64,000 bases of DNA from the NCBI RefSeq assembly GCF_902652985.1, contig NC_047028.1, forward strand, positions 35,464,001 to 35,528,000, written 5' to 3'. Origin of the DNA: Pecten maximus. Lineage: Eukaryota. A program made the translations under genes and the position numbers. The notes beneath the pieces were generated by a model. It did not search any database, was not told where the DNA came from, and saw only the letters and a program-made list of their open reading frames with translations. Shown here piece after piece: positions 25,501 through 37,161 of the stretch. Every line of letters starts with the position of its first letter. Position 1 is the first letter of the stretch.

Positions 25501-28500
25501 GTAAACACATTGGCTGGAAGGATTTCTATCCGATTTTTATCTAGATACAGATACGTAAGAGCGGTGAGTTCATTAAATATATCTGTCGGAAGGACTTTAA
25601 TCTGATTGTTATGTAGATACAGATGTGTCAGTGTAGATGATCTAATAAAGACACCAGCTGGAAGGATTTGCATCTGGTTGTGACCTAGATTCAGATGCGT
25701 AAGTGTGGATAGTCCGGTAAAGACATCGGCTGGAAGGATTTGTATCTGGTTGTGACCTAGATTCAGATGCGTAAGTGTGGATAGTCCGGTAAAGACATCA
25801 GCTGGAAGGATTTGTATCTGGTTGTTACCTAGATTCAGATGCGTAAGTGTGGATAGTCCGGTAAAGACATCAGCTTGAAGCATTTTCATCCGATTTTTAT
25901 GTAGAGATAGACGCCTAAGAGCAGACAGTTCATTAAATATATTACCATTTAAATGCGTGATCCTATTAGATGATAAACTTAATGACCGTAGACCTGACAT
26001 GTCAGTGAACATATCACTAGTCACAAACGATATATTGTTTTCCGTTAACACCAAATTTTGTATATTATATAAACCTCTGGTGAAATTATCTGGTGTTGCA
26101 TTCATGCCTCTTATTGCAAGATATGAATAGTCTGAAAAGTTGACATAAAGTTTTAAAGGTGGATCGATCTTGTTAATGAAAAAGGAGATTTTCGTAAAAG
26201 GAGAACGTAAAGTATTGAGTGGAGTAGAGATGAAGCTGATAATTAAACCAGTACACGTGCATTTTTGTGGGCATGGCTTGACACAGAAGGACTCGTCATC
26301 AGAATTGGTACACTGGGCTACACCGTCACAAACTTTCTCTATAGGAATAGTGTATTTACCACCACGACTAGGATATGGACAGTGGTGGTGCCATGTACAG
26401 TTGTATAGTTCTGTAACACAAAAATAACACATATTAGCACGATTGGGAGCATGGCAATCCCCTGTGAATTGTATTGTTCAGTAACATATAAATAGCACAC
26501 AAACATTGGTGTTCCCTTGTACAGTAGTAAAGCTCTGAAGCACAATGATGATATATACCAACAAGATGTTGACAGTGTTGATTCCTTGTACACTTGTGAG
26601 TTTTGTAACAAGATAATAACACATTTAAACAATGAACTGCATTCCTTTTTGAGTTGAAGACTGATGAACACACTGTCTTACATGAAAATAGCACAAAGAT
26701 GGTTATAAACTTACCACAGTTGTCACCAGATTCCTGTCCTAGACATCGAATGGCACACCTGTAGCTGGTGTGTTGACAGAAGGACATCGGACATGCTATA
26801 AACTCGTCCACACTAGTAGACGGTCTACCTGTTGTATAAATGTAAACTTATTTTAGAATAATCGAGAAAGATGATAATGGAGGTATGTCAACAAGCATTC
26901 AAAGGCAAAGCATTTACAGTTAATAGACAAAATTCAATTACCGTTCGTCGTAAGGTAGAAGGGGTAAACAAAATATAGAAATTACGTCAGAGTATATATA
27001 ATGAAATATGACATATGATTTTAAGGCTTTAACAGTTACATACCGAATTTTCTACAGCATGGTCCAAGGGTTGACACTAATGTTATAGTAGGCACTTGAT
27101 AGATAAGTCCCAGAATAAAAATCGTAATTATACATCTCTACTGTTTGTTTTGTATTTCGTCCACAGATTCAAACATCAAACAACAATAGGCATAATAGCT
27201 TTTGTAGCATGCAGAAATCACACACATTCAATTTCACTTAATTTTCACAGAATTAAATGCTTACTATTTTAATTATGATATTCATAAGTTTATTCTAACA
27301 CACTGTCAGTTCACTAATGCATTGACTTAGCGCCCGAATTCGAATAAAGTTTTATGGTAAAAACAGAAAATATCACAGCAATAATAATATTTGCAAATCG
27401 AATGAATAAGGTGAAATTTGTGTGGTGCTACTTTAAAAGTATTTAATAAATAACTACCCTATCATCAGCGTCATCACAGGGACTTGCCAATTTGTTACAG
27501 TATAAATGCATTAGGACAGGTCCCTGTGCTATCACATTATGATACACACCTAGAATGTAACAAATTCACAGGTCCCCAACGTTAGTTTAACTGTTTTTTT
27601 TTTACACTTTGCTATCCAGCATTAACAATTAAGTACTATATACGTTACCTCCACGTTACTTAATATGGTCAATATTATAAGTTACTCTTCCTGTAAATAT
27701 TTATATATTTGAAACCATTCGACTAGGTTTTGCTATAGCGATTAATTTTGATGTAAACTATTATTATTTGTTCTAGAATTATCGTACAGACCTCATACAA
27801 ACACTTGTTAATTGACATTAACACTCTCAACTAAGAGTAATCCATTCGTGACAAGTCAAGGATCCCTTTCTAGCCCTCTCATTTTATCTAAATGACAATA
27901 CTTTTTACCACTTGCTTTAAATATTTAACTTGATAATGAAAACCAGCTCAATTAGTTCCAGCAATGACAACATACCTTACTAACTAAGCGGATACTAATC
28001 CAGAACACATCTATTATGGCATACTCTATTTTCCAGAGAATTAAACAAAAGTATCAAATGCTTTTCCAATACAATAGTCGCTACTACAACTACTACTTGA
28101 CTTTGTTGGTGGAATAATTATTAAGTTAAATAATTAGTAATGAGCATACCAACAATATGTCAATAAAAACGCCCATTAATGAAGACCAACATTGTTTTAT
28201 TGAAGTAAAAATGAATAATGAAGTAAAATGAATCTATTAATGAAAATAATGTATTGATATGTGTTAATGTGACCATTTTACAATCCACTTTCAGAATTAG
28301 ACTTGGAAAACAAGTGCACGCGACATTAAGTAAATCAAGACGACAGGTCATATGTTGATTCTGACCATGAAATGAAGTCAAGCTTCCCTATTGAATCAAG
28401 AAAAGGGCTAACAATAATGTGCGATGAATTCAAACAAAGATTTGTTTTTGTTTTTGGTGTTCTTATTTGTTTCATTGAGTCATGTACAATAATTATGTGA

Positions 28501-31500
28501 ACAATAAATGAAAAGCTTTCCGGGAAACAGCTCTCAAGATGTCATAGTCGTAATTAAGAGATTTGTTTCCGCCAAATGATTAATGTCGTATAGATAATAA
28601 TGACCTACCGATTGTTTTACATACAAAATCGAGTTTCTCGCGTAATACTTAGCTATAACAAAATATAGAAATATTGATTGAAAACTGCTCATGTTTTAGT
28701 GAGAAATTATTTTAGATCTTATGGGTTTAACAATAAACAAGGCTGCAAATTTAAAGGATTATTTTGCATTTTTAAACAATACTCATGCGACTTTTTACAA
28801 GAATTATTGAATGTCTAACATAAAATCATAAAAATACCTTTATATTTCAGCGAATCGATAATTGTTAATCTAAATGAAATAACTTTGACACCGCATTAAA
28901 TTAAATAGATAAAAGAACGCAAGTTATATATGAAGGGAACCGAAAAGAAAAAAATAATTATGCAAAATACATAATGTTACAATAACTCTTCAAAAGTTGG
29001 AATCCGGTGAGACAGTCTAGCCTTTCACACATCCCTATGACTGGTTTATACCTACAGCGTGAGGAAACATCTCGTCTAGAAACTTACGGATGCCTTCGAC
29101 ACATCACCGCACATTGTTCAAATCTCTAGACATCTTAACAGCTGGAATAATTTTACAACAATAGCAATAAGGCTGAAAACATACAAATTTCCAAAATGTT
29201 GTATATCGAGGCAGGTTTACGCTATGTTCTACCACAATACCCTGTGTTATTCAACTCTCAGACCATCAGTTAATCATTACAGCTGTTGATTAACAATCTG
29301 TTTATACCACACGTGGTACGCATTTCGATTGGCTAACACGGTGAACTTTGACCCAAGCTGCAATTGTTATTGACGTCATCAATAATCTAATGACGTCACA
29401 TCACCGGGTCCCGGACGTCACCGGTACACTTTATTTACATACGCGAAATTATTCTTGGCCACGTTTCCCTTTGATTCAAGCCGATATTATTGTGGTAGAA
29501 ACAGGTCACACGACTCGAAATTGTTGGATATGGAATTTATTTCACACTCGTAAGTTATTTTTTAAAAGTTGCAAAAAACACTCGCTAAAGCTCGTGTCTT
29601 TTGTAACTTTTAAAAAATAACTTACTCGTGTGAAATAAATTCCATATCCAACAACCACTCGTTGTGTAACCTCTATTTATCTTACGATTATTGTTTTGCG
29701 TAAAAGTTACAGAATTGTATCAAATGGCGTTTTCATATTTTGTAAGTGATTCACTCCATTCTGGTCAGTCCTGGTCAGCTGTTACCCCGACTTTTGAAAA
29801 TAAAATCGTACTGTAAAAACCTGAAGAAAGAGTCTTAAGGAAAATGTTATGGTTCCGTTAAGATATTGCACTCGTGTGGCAAATTAAAAACTAGAGACCC
29901 AGAGGGTCAAACTAAATTCCATGTTCAATTTGTTAAAAGCTTTATTTGTTTATGTCAAACAATGCTATATATTGTTGTATATACAACGACGCTGGTTTAC
30001 ACTATGTTATCTTACGATTATTGTTTTGCGTAAAAGTTACAGAATTGTATCAAATGGCGTTTTCATATTTTGTAAGTGATTCACTCCATTCTGGTTAGTC
30101 CTAGTCAGCTGTTACCGCCTTTTGAAAATAAAACGTACTGTAAAAACCTGAAGAAAAAGTCTTGAGGAAAGGGCCTGTATCGTTCAAGTAAAAATAATTT
30201 CAATGATAAATTGGTTGAAAACTTTATCTTTTATGTCAAACAATGCTTTATATTGTGATGTGGTGGGGATCTGAACTGCTTTAACGATATAACCCAGAAA
30301 TGAAGTCCAGTCTCCCTATGGATTTGAAAAGGCGGAAGCGATTGCATTTATAAGAAGATTGTGTTTTAAGAACACATGGCTTATATTTAAACAGGATTGT
30401 GTTTATCTCTTTATTCCAAGAGGTGCTATATATGAATATGTGATGGAAATTTCAAAGGTTTCAATTTTTTTTTTTACAAAGTTTTTTTGAGTACTTAATG
30501 TTCCACATTTTTTTCTTTCACACACAGAATCTTGTATATGGATTTGTAGATGTACAATAGTCTTCATTGGTTTCAAAAATATGACCAGAAACTGGACTGT
30601 GTTTAGCTCGTGGTGCCTATCAATGTTATATATGGTTGTTGGTTATAGTTCTGAACGACTTCAATATATAGCCAAGAAAATAATTCCCTTGGGCTTGGAA
30701 AAGACCCCTTGACCTATTTCGTAACTAGATATTATTTATATGGTTATGAGGCGGGGACCTCAACAGGTTTTTAAAATAAAGCCAATAAACTAAATTCCTA
30801 GAGTTGGAGAAAGACCGTAGGGCCCATTTGTACAGCATGCTTTTGTTTATCTCTTTACCACAAGGTCAGGTGAGTCAAAATTCACGCGAAGGTAGATGTA
30901 AAACAAAAATGTCTTACTTATGATAATATGATTTTTATTAAATGGGAAAAGTCATATAATGCTCATATGTTCTAATAGTTATGAAAACCTTTCACCTCAT
31001 TCATATTTTAGCATCTTCCCTTTCAACCTATTTTCCCGCTCCTTTGATAACCAACTGAGTAAATAAGCATCACTGACGAGTCATTGACGTACAAAACCGT
31101 TGTATGGCGCAGTTTGATTCATTTGTGAAAGGTACTTTTATCTTGTGTGTCTTTTGTTTAATGCTGTCATTAATTTCATTTTGTATTTCTTTTCTTTCGT
31201 TTACCTGTCCATATTCCTTTTCTCAGCGAAGTTTTAAAATGTTTTTTTGTTTTCTAACACTTAGAATACCTAATCAATCGAGAAACATGTAAGATATTTG
31301 CCACATATACAAAACATTTAACATGAGTTATTATAAAAATAGAAATGCTAAAATTGACTAAACACGGACCATACTGTATACTGGTTAAATTTTACGGGAC
31401 TATCATTTAGCGGTAACAGTCGGACCTAGTTACTAATATGTTTTTTTTAGATTTCGAGCAACCACGTGTGTTCAACATTACGCAGTTAGCACTTCTTTAA

Positions 31501-31948
31501 TTTCAGTTGATATATAGATATTCTCTGTGTATTGGTTGTTGCATTATATTCAATGCCATGGAACAGAGCGACATTTTAAATTCCAAAACAGTATATTTTC
31601 ACACCTATGTATTGTTTCAATTAAAATATCAGAGGGATATGATGAATAATGAACAACAAATCATCCAACAAACAAATTTATGTCAAATTATACAAGTATT
31701 TTACCTTTTGGACATTCTTGTTCAGATGTCGATTCCGTTCCCCTCTCCGTGCGTTTCTGTCTGATGTTACTGGTGCCTGCATACATAGCAGATTGTGTGA
31801 CAGTAAATTCCCCGTTCCAGTCTGATTCAGTCATACGAACAAAGTTCTGCCACTTTTCCAACTTTTCCGCTGCTGATAAACCATGATGGAAAGCACAAGC
31901 AATTGCAATAAAAGTGAGGTGTGTTGACAATAGCTTGAAAACGTCCAT
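22543..31948 (-). CDS. Type-C LGR (GRL101/RXFP-like), copy 2; exons 31948-31705, 26828-26715, 26410-24083, 23308-23175, 22608-22543
   Basis: Exon lengths equal copy 1 (244/114/2328/134/66). Splice sites are intact and I see no stops. Confidence 0.88.
24083..26410 (-). CDS. Main 2328-nt exon of LGR copy 2
   Basis: Lies within ORF 24075..26432, with the same splice sites as copy 1. Confidence 0.95.
29228..29678. mobile_element. Non-autonomous Crypton-like element with a long terminal hairpin and no TSD
   Basis: Inverted pair tctaccacaata / tattgtggtaga and a ~130-nt hairpin (gttggatatggaatttatttcacac...gtgtgaaataaattccatatccaac). The empty site tatgttatct occurs at about 12009 and 30003. Confidence 0.75.
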
Positions 31949-33719
31949 GATAAAGGAAATTTGCTGTGCACGTGCGATTTAATGTAGTTGTGCAGCTATG
32001 AAAGTTCAGAATGCGTTAGAGCGGTAACAGCAAACAAATGGCTAATGATTCAATACTGTGGTCATCGTCACATATATCTCAATGTAAACTGATGTATAAT
32101 CAATAAAATAATATAGGGAAAGGGCAAAATTAAAATTTCGATCCTAGCCCATGTTTGTGTGTCTATCATTGGTCGTGCAAATGTGAGAAACATTTGTCCT
32201 TAAAACTAAAATTGGGCAGTCGATCATTGGTCCTGGCCAGATGTGAGAAATTATTCATCTAAACTAAAATTGAAGATATTAAATAGTTCAAATATATTTA
32301 AGCCAGATGATTTTAGCCATACTACCAGTGTAGTTTTCACGGTACTTCTCATTTTATCTGGAAGCTGACTATACTGTACATTCCAAACCATTCATAGCGA
32401 CAAGATATTTTAAATGAGTTGCACAATCGGTCAGATTCCTGACAATTTCAATAAAGTCCGTTGCCTTCTCTATAAAGATCATCATACAAATAAGCATTTC
32501 TTTCAAATAACAACTAACGACGGGTGTTATTTCCATTATATTTGTTGTCATTATACTTTATATCAAAATTGAATGAAGATAAATAGTTTATAATGTCGAA
32601 GAGGACTTTCAAAAAGAAGTAATTTTTAACCTAATCGTTTGCATTCTTTGCTATTCGCAAAAATATGTTTCAATCCATGTAATTTTTAAAAACCAAGTTG
32701 TGATACCACCTCTCCAGGGGTGTTTGGGGCACATCGTTTTATGAAGCCCTATCTTATTTCACCTCCTATTAAAAGCAAGGGTCATCTATGGCCGTGTCAG
32801 GTTTTTCAATCTGGACGATGTAACATTAATGCGTAGGCCACATTGCTTTCAAGAGTTCAAATAATACCGACTCATCCAAAAGTAAGATAAATTTTGAAAT
32901 CGGCGTGTACATTTTTCTGAACATTATATTTCATACCGAGTGGTTTAAACGTACCATGGTGATGCCATATCAAATTGCCTTCGGGAAGAAGGTCTGACCA
33001 ATAATCTCATCTCGCTCAAAGCCATATTGCTGGAGTTTTATCAAACTTTATATGCAGACCTGTTTTTTTTCAAAATCACAAAAGAAATGAGGTTGTTTCA
33101 ATGAAACTGGATCATCCGATAATGTAAAAGATATGTCCACCGCACATTGTTTTCTGAAACATTTTACTTTGTGAACAGTGATGCCGTAATTTTTTTCATT
33201 AAGTTTTAAATTAACTTGATCGGTCATTCAAGAACGTCTTATTAAAGGCCATCGTTTATAATGGAAGAACTATTCTTATAGAAGGGTTCAAACCATAAAA
33301 ACAAAGATATACATCAATTCCAATGATTCAATGACTTTTTTAAAGTCTTGTTTTTTGTTTTGTTTTTTTTCTGTATTTTTAAGTCTGAATTTACATGGTC
33401 CATTTTCCAATATATCCTCCTCCTATGCAACATAGCTGGAATTTCGCATTTCATTTTCAATTTTTCCGAGCAGGTCAATTTTGTAGCGGACAAATAAGCA
33501 CACGATAAGGAAGATAATAGTAGAGCAGGCTTCATTTTAAAATGTAATATCGATGTTCTGTATAATGACGATATGAACTGGGAAATGTTTAAAATAATTA
33601 TTTTTTGTAACACCGTTCTTGTTTACAATGAAATTATTGGTGAATATGGGACGCACACACAAATCGATTGTCCCAAGCATAAAATCATATATATGAACTT
33701 GTTTGAAGCAGTCCAATAC

Positions 33720-34190
33720 AGAAAATGATGTCAGTGGCACAGAGACTGGACACACGATCCTCCGCCACACATATATACTTGTTTCATGAAGTCTGATATA
33801 TAACACTATGTTGGCAGCACAGGATCTGAAACACAAATAGATTCTTTCCATGATAGTACACTTGTATGCGTATTGAGATAATCAATGTGAGAGTCCCGCA
33901 ACATAATGTCATACTTCATTAAACAAGTATATATGTGGAAGGGGGTCTATGCGTTTGTCCAGCCCCGTGTTGTCGACTTTATAGTTTGTATAGCACTTAG
34001 TTATACAAGTATATATTCATGCGGGAGACGTTCAACCCGTGTGCCTAGCCCCTGTACTGCCGACCTTATAATTGGTATCAAACTCCGTAAAACAAGTATA
34101 TATTCATGCAGGAGAGAGGCGATGTGAGTGTCCAGTCCCTGTTCCGCATACGTCATCCTTTGTATCAGACTTCATTACAGAAATATATAC

Positions 34191-34221
<31 letters not shown>

Positions 34222-34290
34222 GAGGGGGATTGATGTGCGTGTCCAGGCCCTGTGTCGCCGGCATCATCATTTGTATCGGGTTTCTGTATA
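33720..34290. repeat. Degenerate ~75 bp repeats in both orientations, plus a (TG)n microsatellite at about 34193-34221
   Basis: Units like gtgtccagcccctgtg.cgcc...ttgtatcagacttcat. Two units remain in copy 1 at about 16180-16345. Confidence 0.6.
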
Positions 34291-35094
34291 TGTTATGTGG
34301 TTGTTCATTGTATCTGTTCAATGCGACTGCCATTGAAATATTTTTCATTAATGTGCTGGAACTTACGTGGTACATTCTCTGTGAATTTGATTTTTACATT
34401 GACTATATACATGTACATCACGGTACCAAGATTCATTTATGGCACCCTTAATTGTGTCGCAACATTTCATCTCAACTTTGCCACTTTATCTGTGTAGCTT
34501 GGGAGCCCGAGCCTGGATTCACCAAAAGAATGCTGTATTATTGCATCGCAAGAGAAGTTGAGAAGGACAACCTGATGTGGGTAAGTATTGCGTTCAATTA
34601 AGATAAAGATAGGTGTTTATATGGCTTGTAATTGTGCTTATGCAGGAGTGGCTCGACCGACTAAAAGTCGCCCATCCGAAGCAGGTAATAAGCAAACATA
34701 CAATACACACTGGTATACTTAAACAAGGTTTTTATTACAAGAATACAGATGCAGTTATATAATGAGTATATAGGACTATTTTTATTATCCCTTTTAGTGA
34801 CTGCAGACAGACAAATAATTATAATGCATTCTTAACAGTCTGTCAGCAAAGAATATTTGAAAAAGTTATTAATTGGCCAACATCAGGTGATATAGTGAAA
34901 CAATAGCTGACATACACAACAATATACGATGCGCCAAAAAGTGAATCAGTGAATGTGAATGGCGCTGATGGAAGAGGCCTGGTCATGAGGCTGATGTGAA
35001 ATTAAAAGTACAAATCTTACTTGAGGATATTAATATTGTAGCCTCATTTTTTCTCTTTATTATCTAATTCTAATTTAATGTTTGTAGAGATTGT

Positions 35095-35233
35095 GTTCAT
35101 GAAGAGGTTTACCATTCGTCATGCACTTTTTATGAACAGTTCAAGAAACAATTTGCCATGAAAAGTTCATGAAGTGTTCACGAACAATTTGCCACAAACA
35201 GTTCATAAAATGTTCATGAGAATTTCACAGGAG
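35095..35233. mobile_element. Possible EnSpm/CACTA-type terminus with subterminal gttcatgaa repeats
   Basis: Clustered gttcatga(a) motifs ending in ...catgagaatttcacaggag. The partner end was not found. Confidence 0.4.
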
Positions 35234-35651
35234 TACCTCTTTAGAATCACAGACTTCATTCATCATGCGCACATGGTATTGGAGGATTTTCAACAAAGAA
35301 TTTGCATTTCTTAAAACTATGTTGTGCATAAAACAATGCCAAACTTAGAAATATACTTATACAGCTGAGTGCTTCAATTAGTAAACTTTTTAATAAGTAC
35401 TTCTAAACTTTTATCGAATTTTATCGAAAAGATACAAAAAGTAAACCATCATTATACAATTCATTTTTACATCCATACATTCTTAAATCAAAAGCTTAAA
35501 TGCTACAAAAAGTTAAACATCCAATCTCATTAAGAAATGAGGATACATATTTTGGTTACTGAGTTTCATGTCACTGTGAACCACAAGATATAGAAAGATT
35601 GTATATTATTAAAATGTTTAACAACCATAAGATACCGCCAATGTTACGTCA

Positions 35652-35920
35652 CACAAGAGGCCCAATTGGCCGTAACAGTCACCTGAGTTCTCAAGTATTT
35701 CAACAATTTTGACCCTTTTTGGCCTGCCCATCAATCCCCTCAGGTAGGGTATAATATAATTTACAATTTTGGTTGACCTTTGGTCATAGATTGGTTCTGC
35801 AAAATTTCACTAAAACTGGTTCAGGGGTGTCTGATATGCACAAATATTACACAACATACGACGACAGACAAAATGTGATAAGAATAGGTCACATAAGACT
35901 TTGTATCAGGTGACCTTAAA
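35652..35920 (+). mobile_element. Short pearl/HINE-like element
   Basis: 5' acaagaggcccaattggccgtaacagtcacctgag, acgacgacagac microsatellite remnant, 3' hairpin ggtcac...gtgacc followed by aaa. Confidence 0.7.
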
Positions 35921-35954
35921 ATGCACATATTATCATAAAATGAGTAGCATATGA

Positions 35955-36655
35955 TGTCACAGGTGACATAATGATGTGACAGCTAACACAATGGTGTGAC
36001 AGCTAACACAATGGTGTGACAGCTAACACAATGGTGTGACAGCTAACAAAGTGGAATGATACATACCACAGCTAACAAAATGGTGTGACAGCTAACACAA
36101 TGGTGTGACAACTAACACAATGGTGTGACAACTAACACAATGGTGTGACAGCTAACAAAATGGTGTGACAGCTAACATAATGGTGTGACAGCTAACAAAA
36201 TGATGTCACAGCTAACAAAATGGTGTGACAGCTAACACAATGGTGTCACAGCTAACAAAATGGTGTGACAGCTAACAAAATGGAATGATACATACCACAG
36301 CTAACAAAATGGTGTCACAGCTAACACAATGGTGTGACAGCTAACAAAATGGTGTGACAGCTAACAAAATGGAATGATACATACCACAGCTAACAAAATG
36401 GTGTGACAGCTAACAAAATGGAGTGACAAATATTATCAGATTACAAAAGAGTCATAGCTAACAAAATGGTGTCACAGTTAACAAAAAGGAGTGACAAATG
36501 TTATCAGATTACAAAATGGTGTCACAACTAACAAAATGGAATGATACATACCACAGCTAATAAAATGGAGTGACATGTGTCACAGCTAACAAAATGGGGT
36601 GACACATGTCACAGCTAACAAAATGGAGAAACACATGTCGCAGCAAACAAAATGG
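35955..36655. repeat. 20-bp minisatellite (gtgtgacagctaacacaatg)n with interspersed 28-bp variants
   Basis: Directly visible periodicity. Confidence 0.95.
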
Positions 36656-36766
36656 AGGCAAAACAAATACATATTGATCTGATGAAAGAAAACAAAACAA
36701 TGTTAATGTATTTTTTTCCTTCCTGTCCAATACACAATTATTATAAAACAATAAGATTAATTGTAG

Positions 36767-37161
36767 TCCCAAAGGGATTTAAAACTATATGCCAGGTATG
36801 CACGGATGAGGAAATCTTTAATAGACCCACCTTATTCAATAATTGCATTTAAAGAAGTACACTTGGTAAATTCAGGGATATCACTCATTTAAGGAGACTT
36901 GATACTGTGTGATACATACAGATTATGATATATATATATATTCAGATTAAGCTTAAATAATCGAATTTCCAGATATCGATATTTTTTTTTTAAAATGGAA
37001 TTTGCTTTGTTTCAGACCAAGAGAAGCTGCTTAAAGTGCGAGCAAGAAAACAGATAAAAGGATTCCTGGTCAAATGGAAGGATGGAAGAAGTTCTTGGGA
37101 ACCTCAGAAGAATATATTGGATGAAGAACTTTTGAAGGCTTTTTATAGGATATCAACTTAA
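36767..37161 (+). pseudogene. Chromodomain-encoding gene remnant (exons 36767-36865 with an in-frame stop; 37016-37161)
   Basis: Terminal exon QEKLLKVRARKQIKGFLVKWKDGRSSWEPQKNILDEELLKAF* fits the chromodomain pattern EK+L..R......YLVKWKG....WEP..NI.D..L+..F. The phase-1 GT-AG junction is compatible. Not in the ORF track (under 60 aa). Confidence 0.78.

Larger units (their letters stand above)
18381..34642. repeat. Tandem segmental duplication, copy 2
   Basis: Colinear with 1-17350. Near-identical up to about 26880, then more diverged with indels. Similarity ends abruptly at 34642. Confidence 0.97.
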
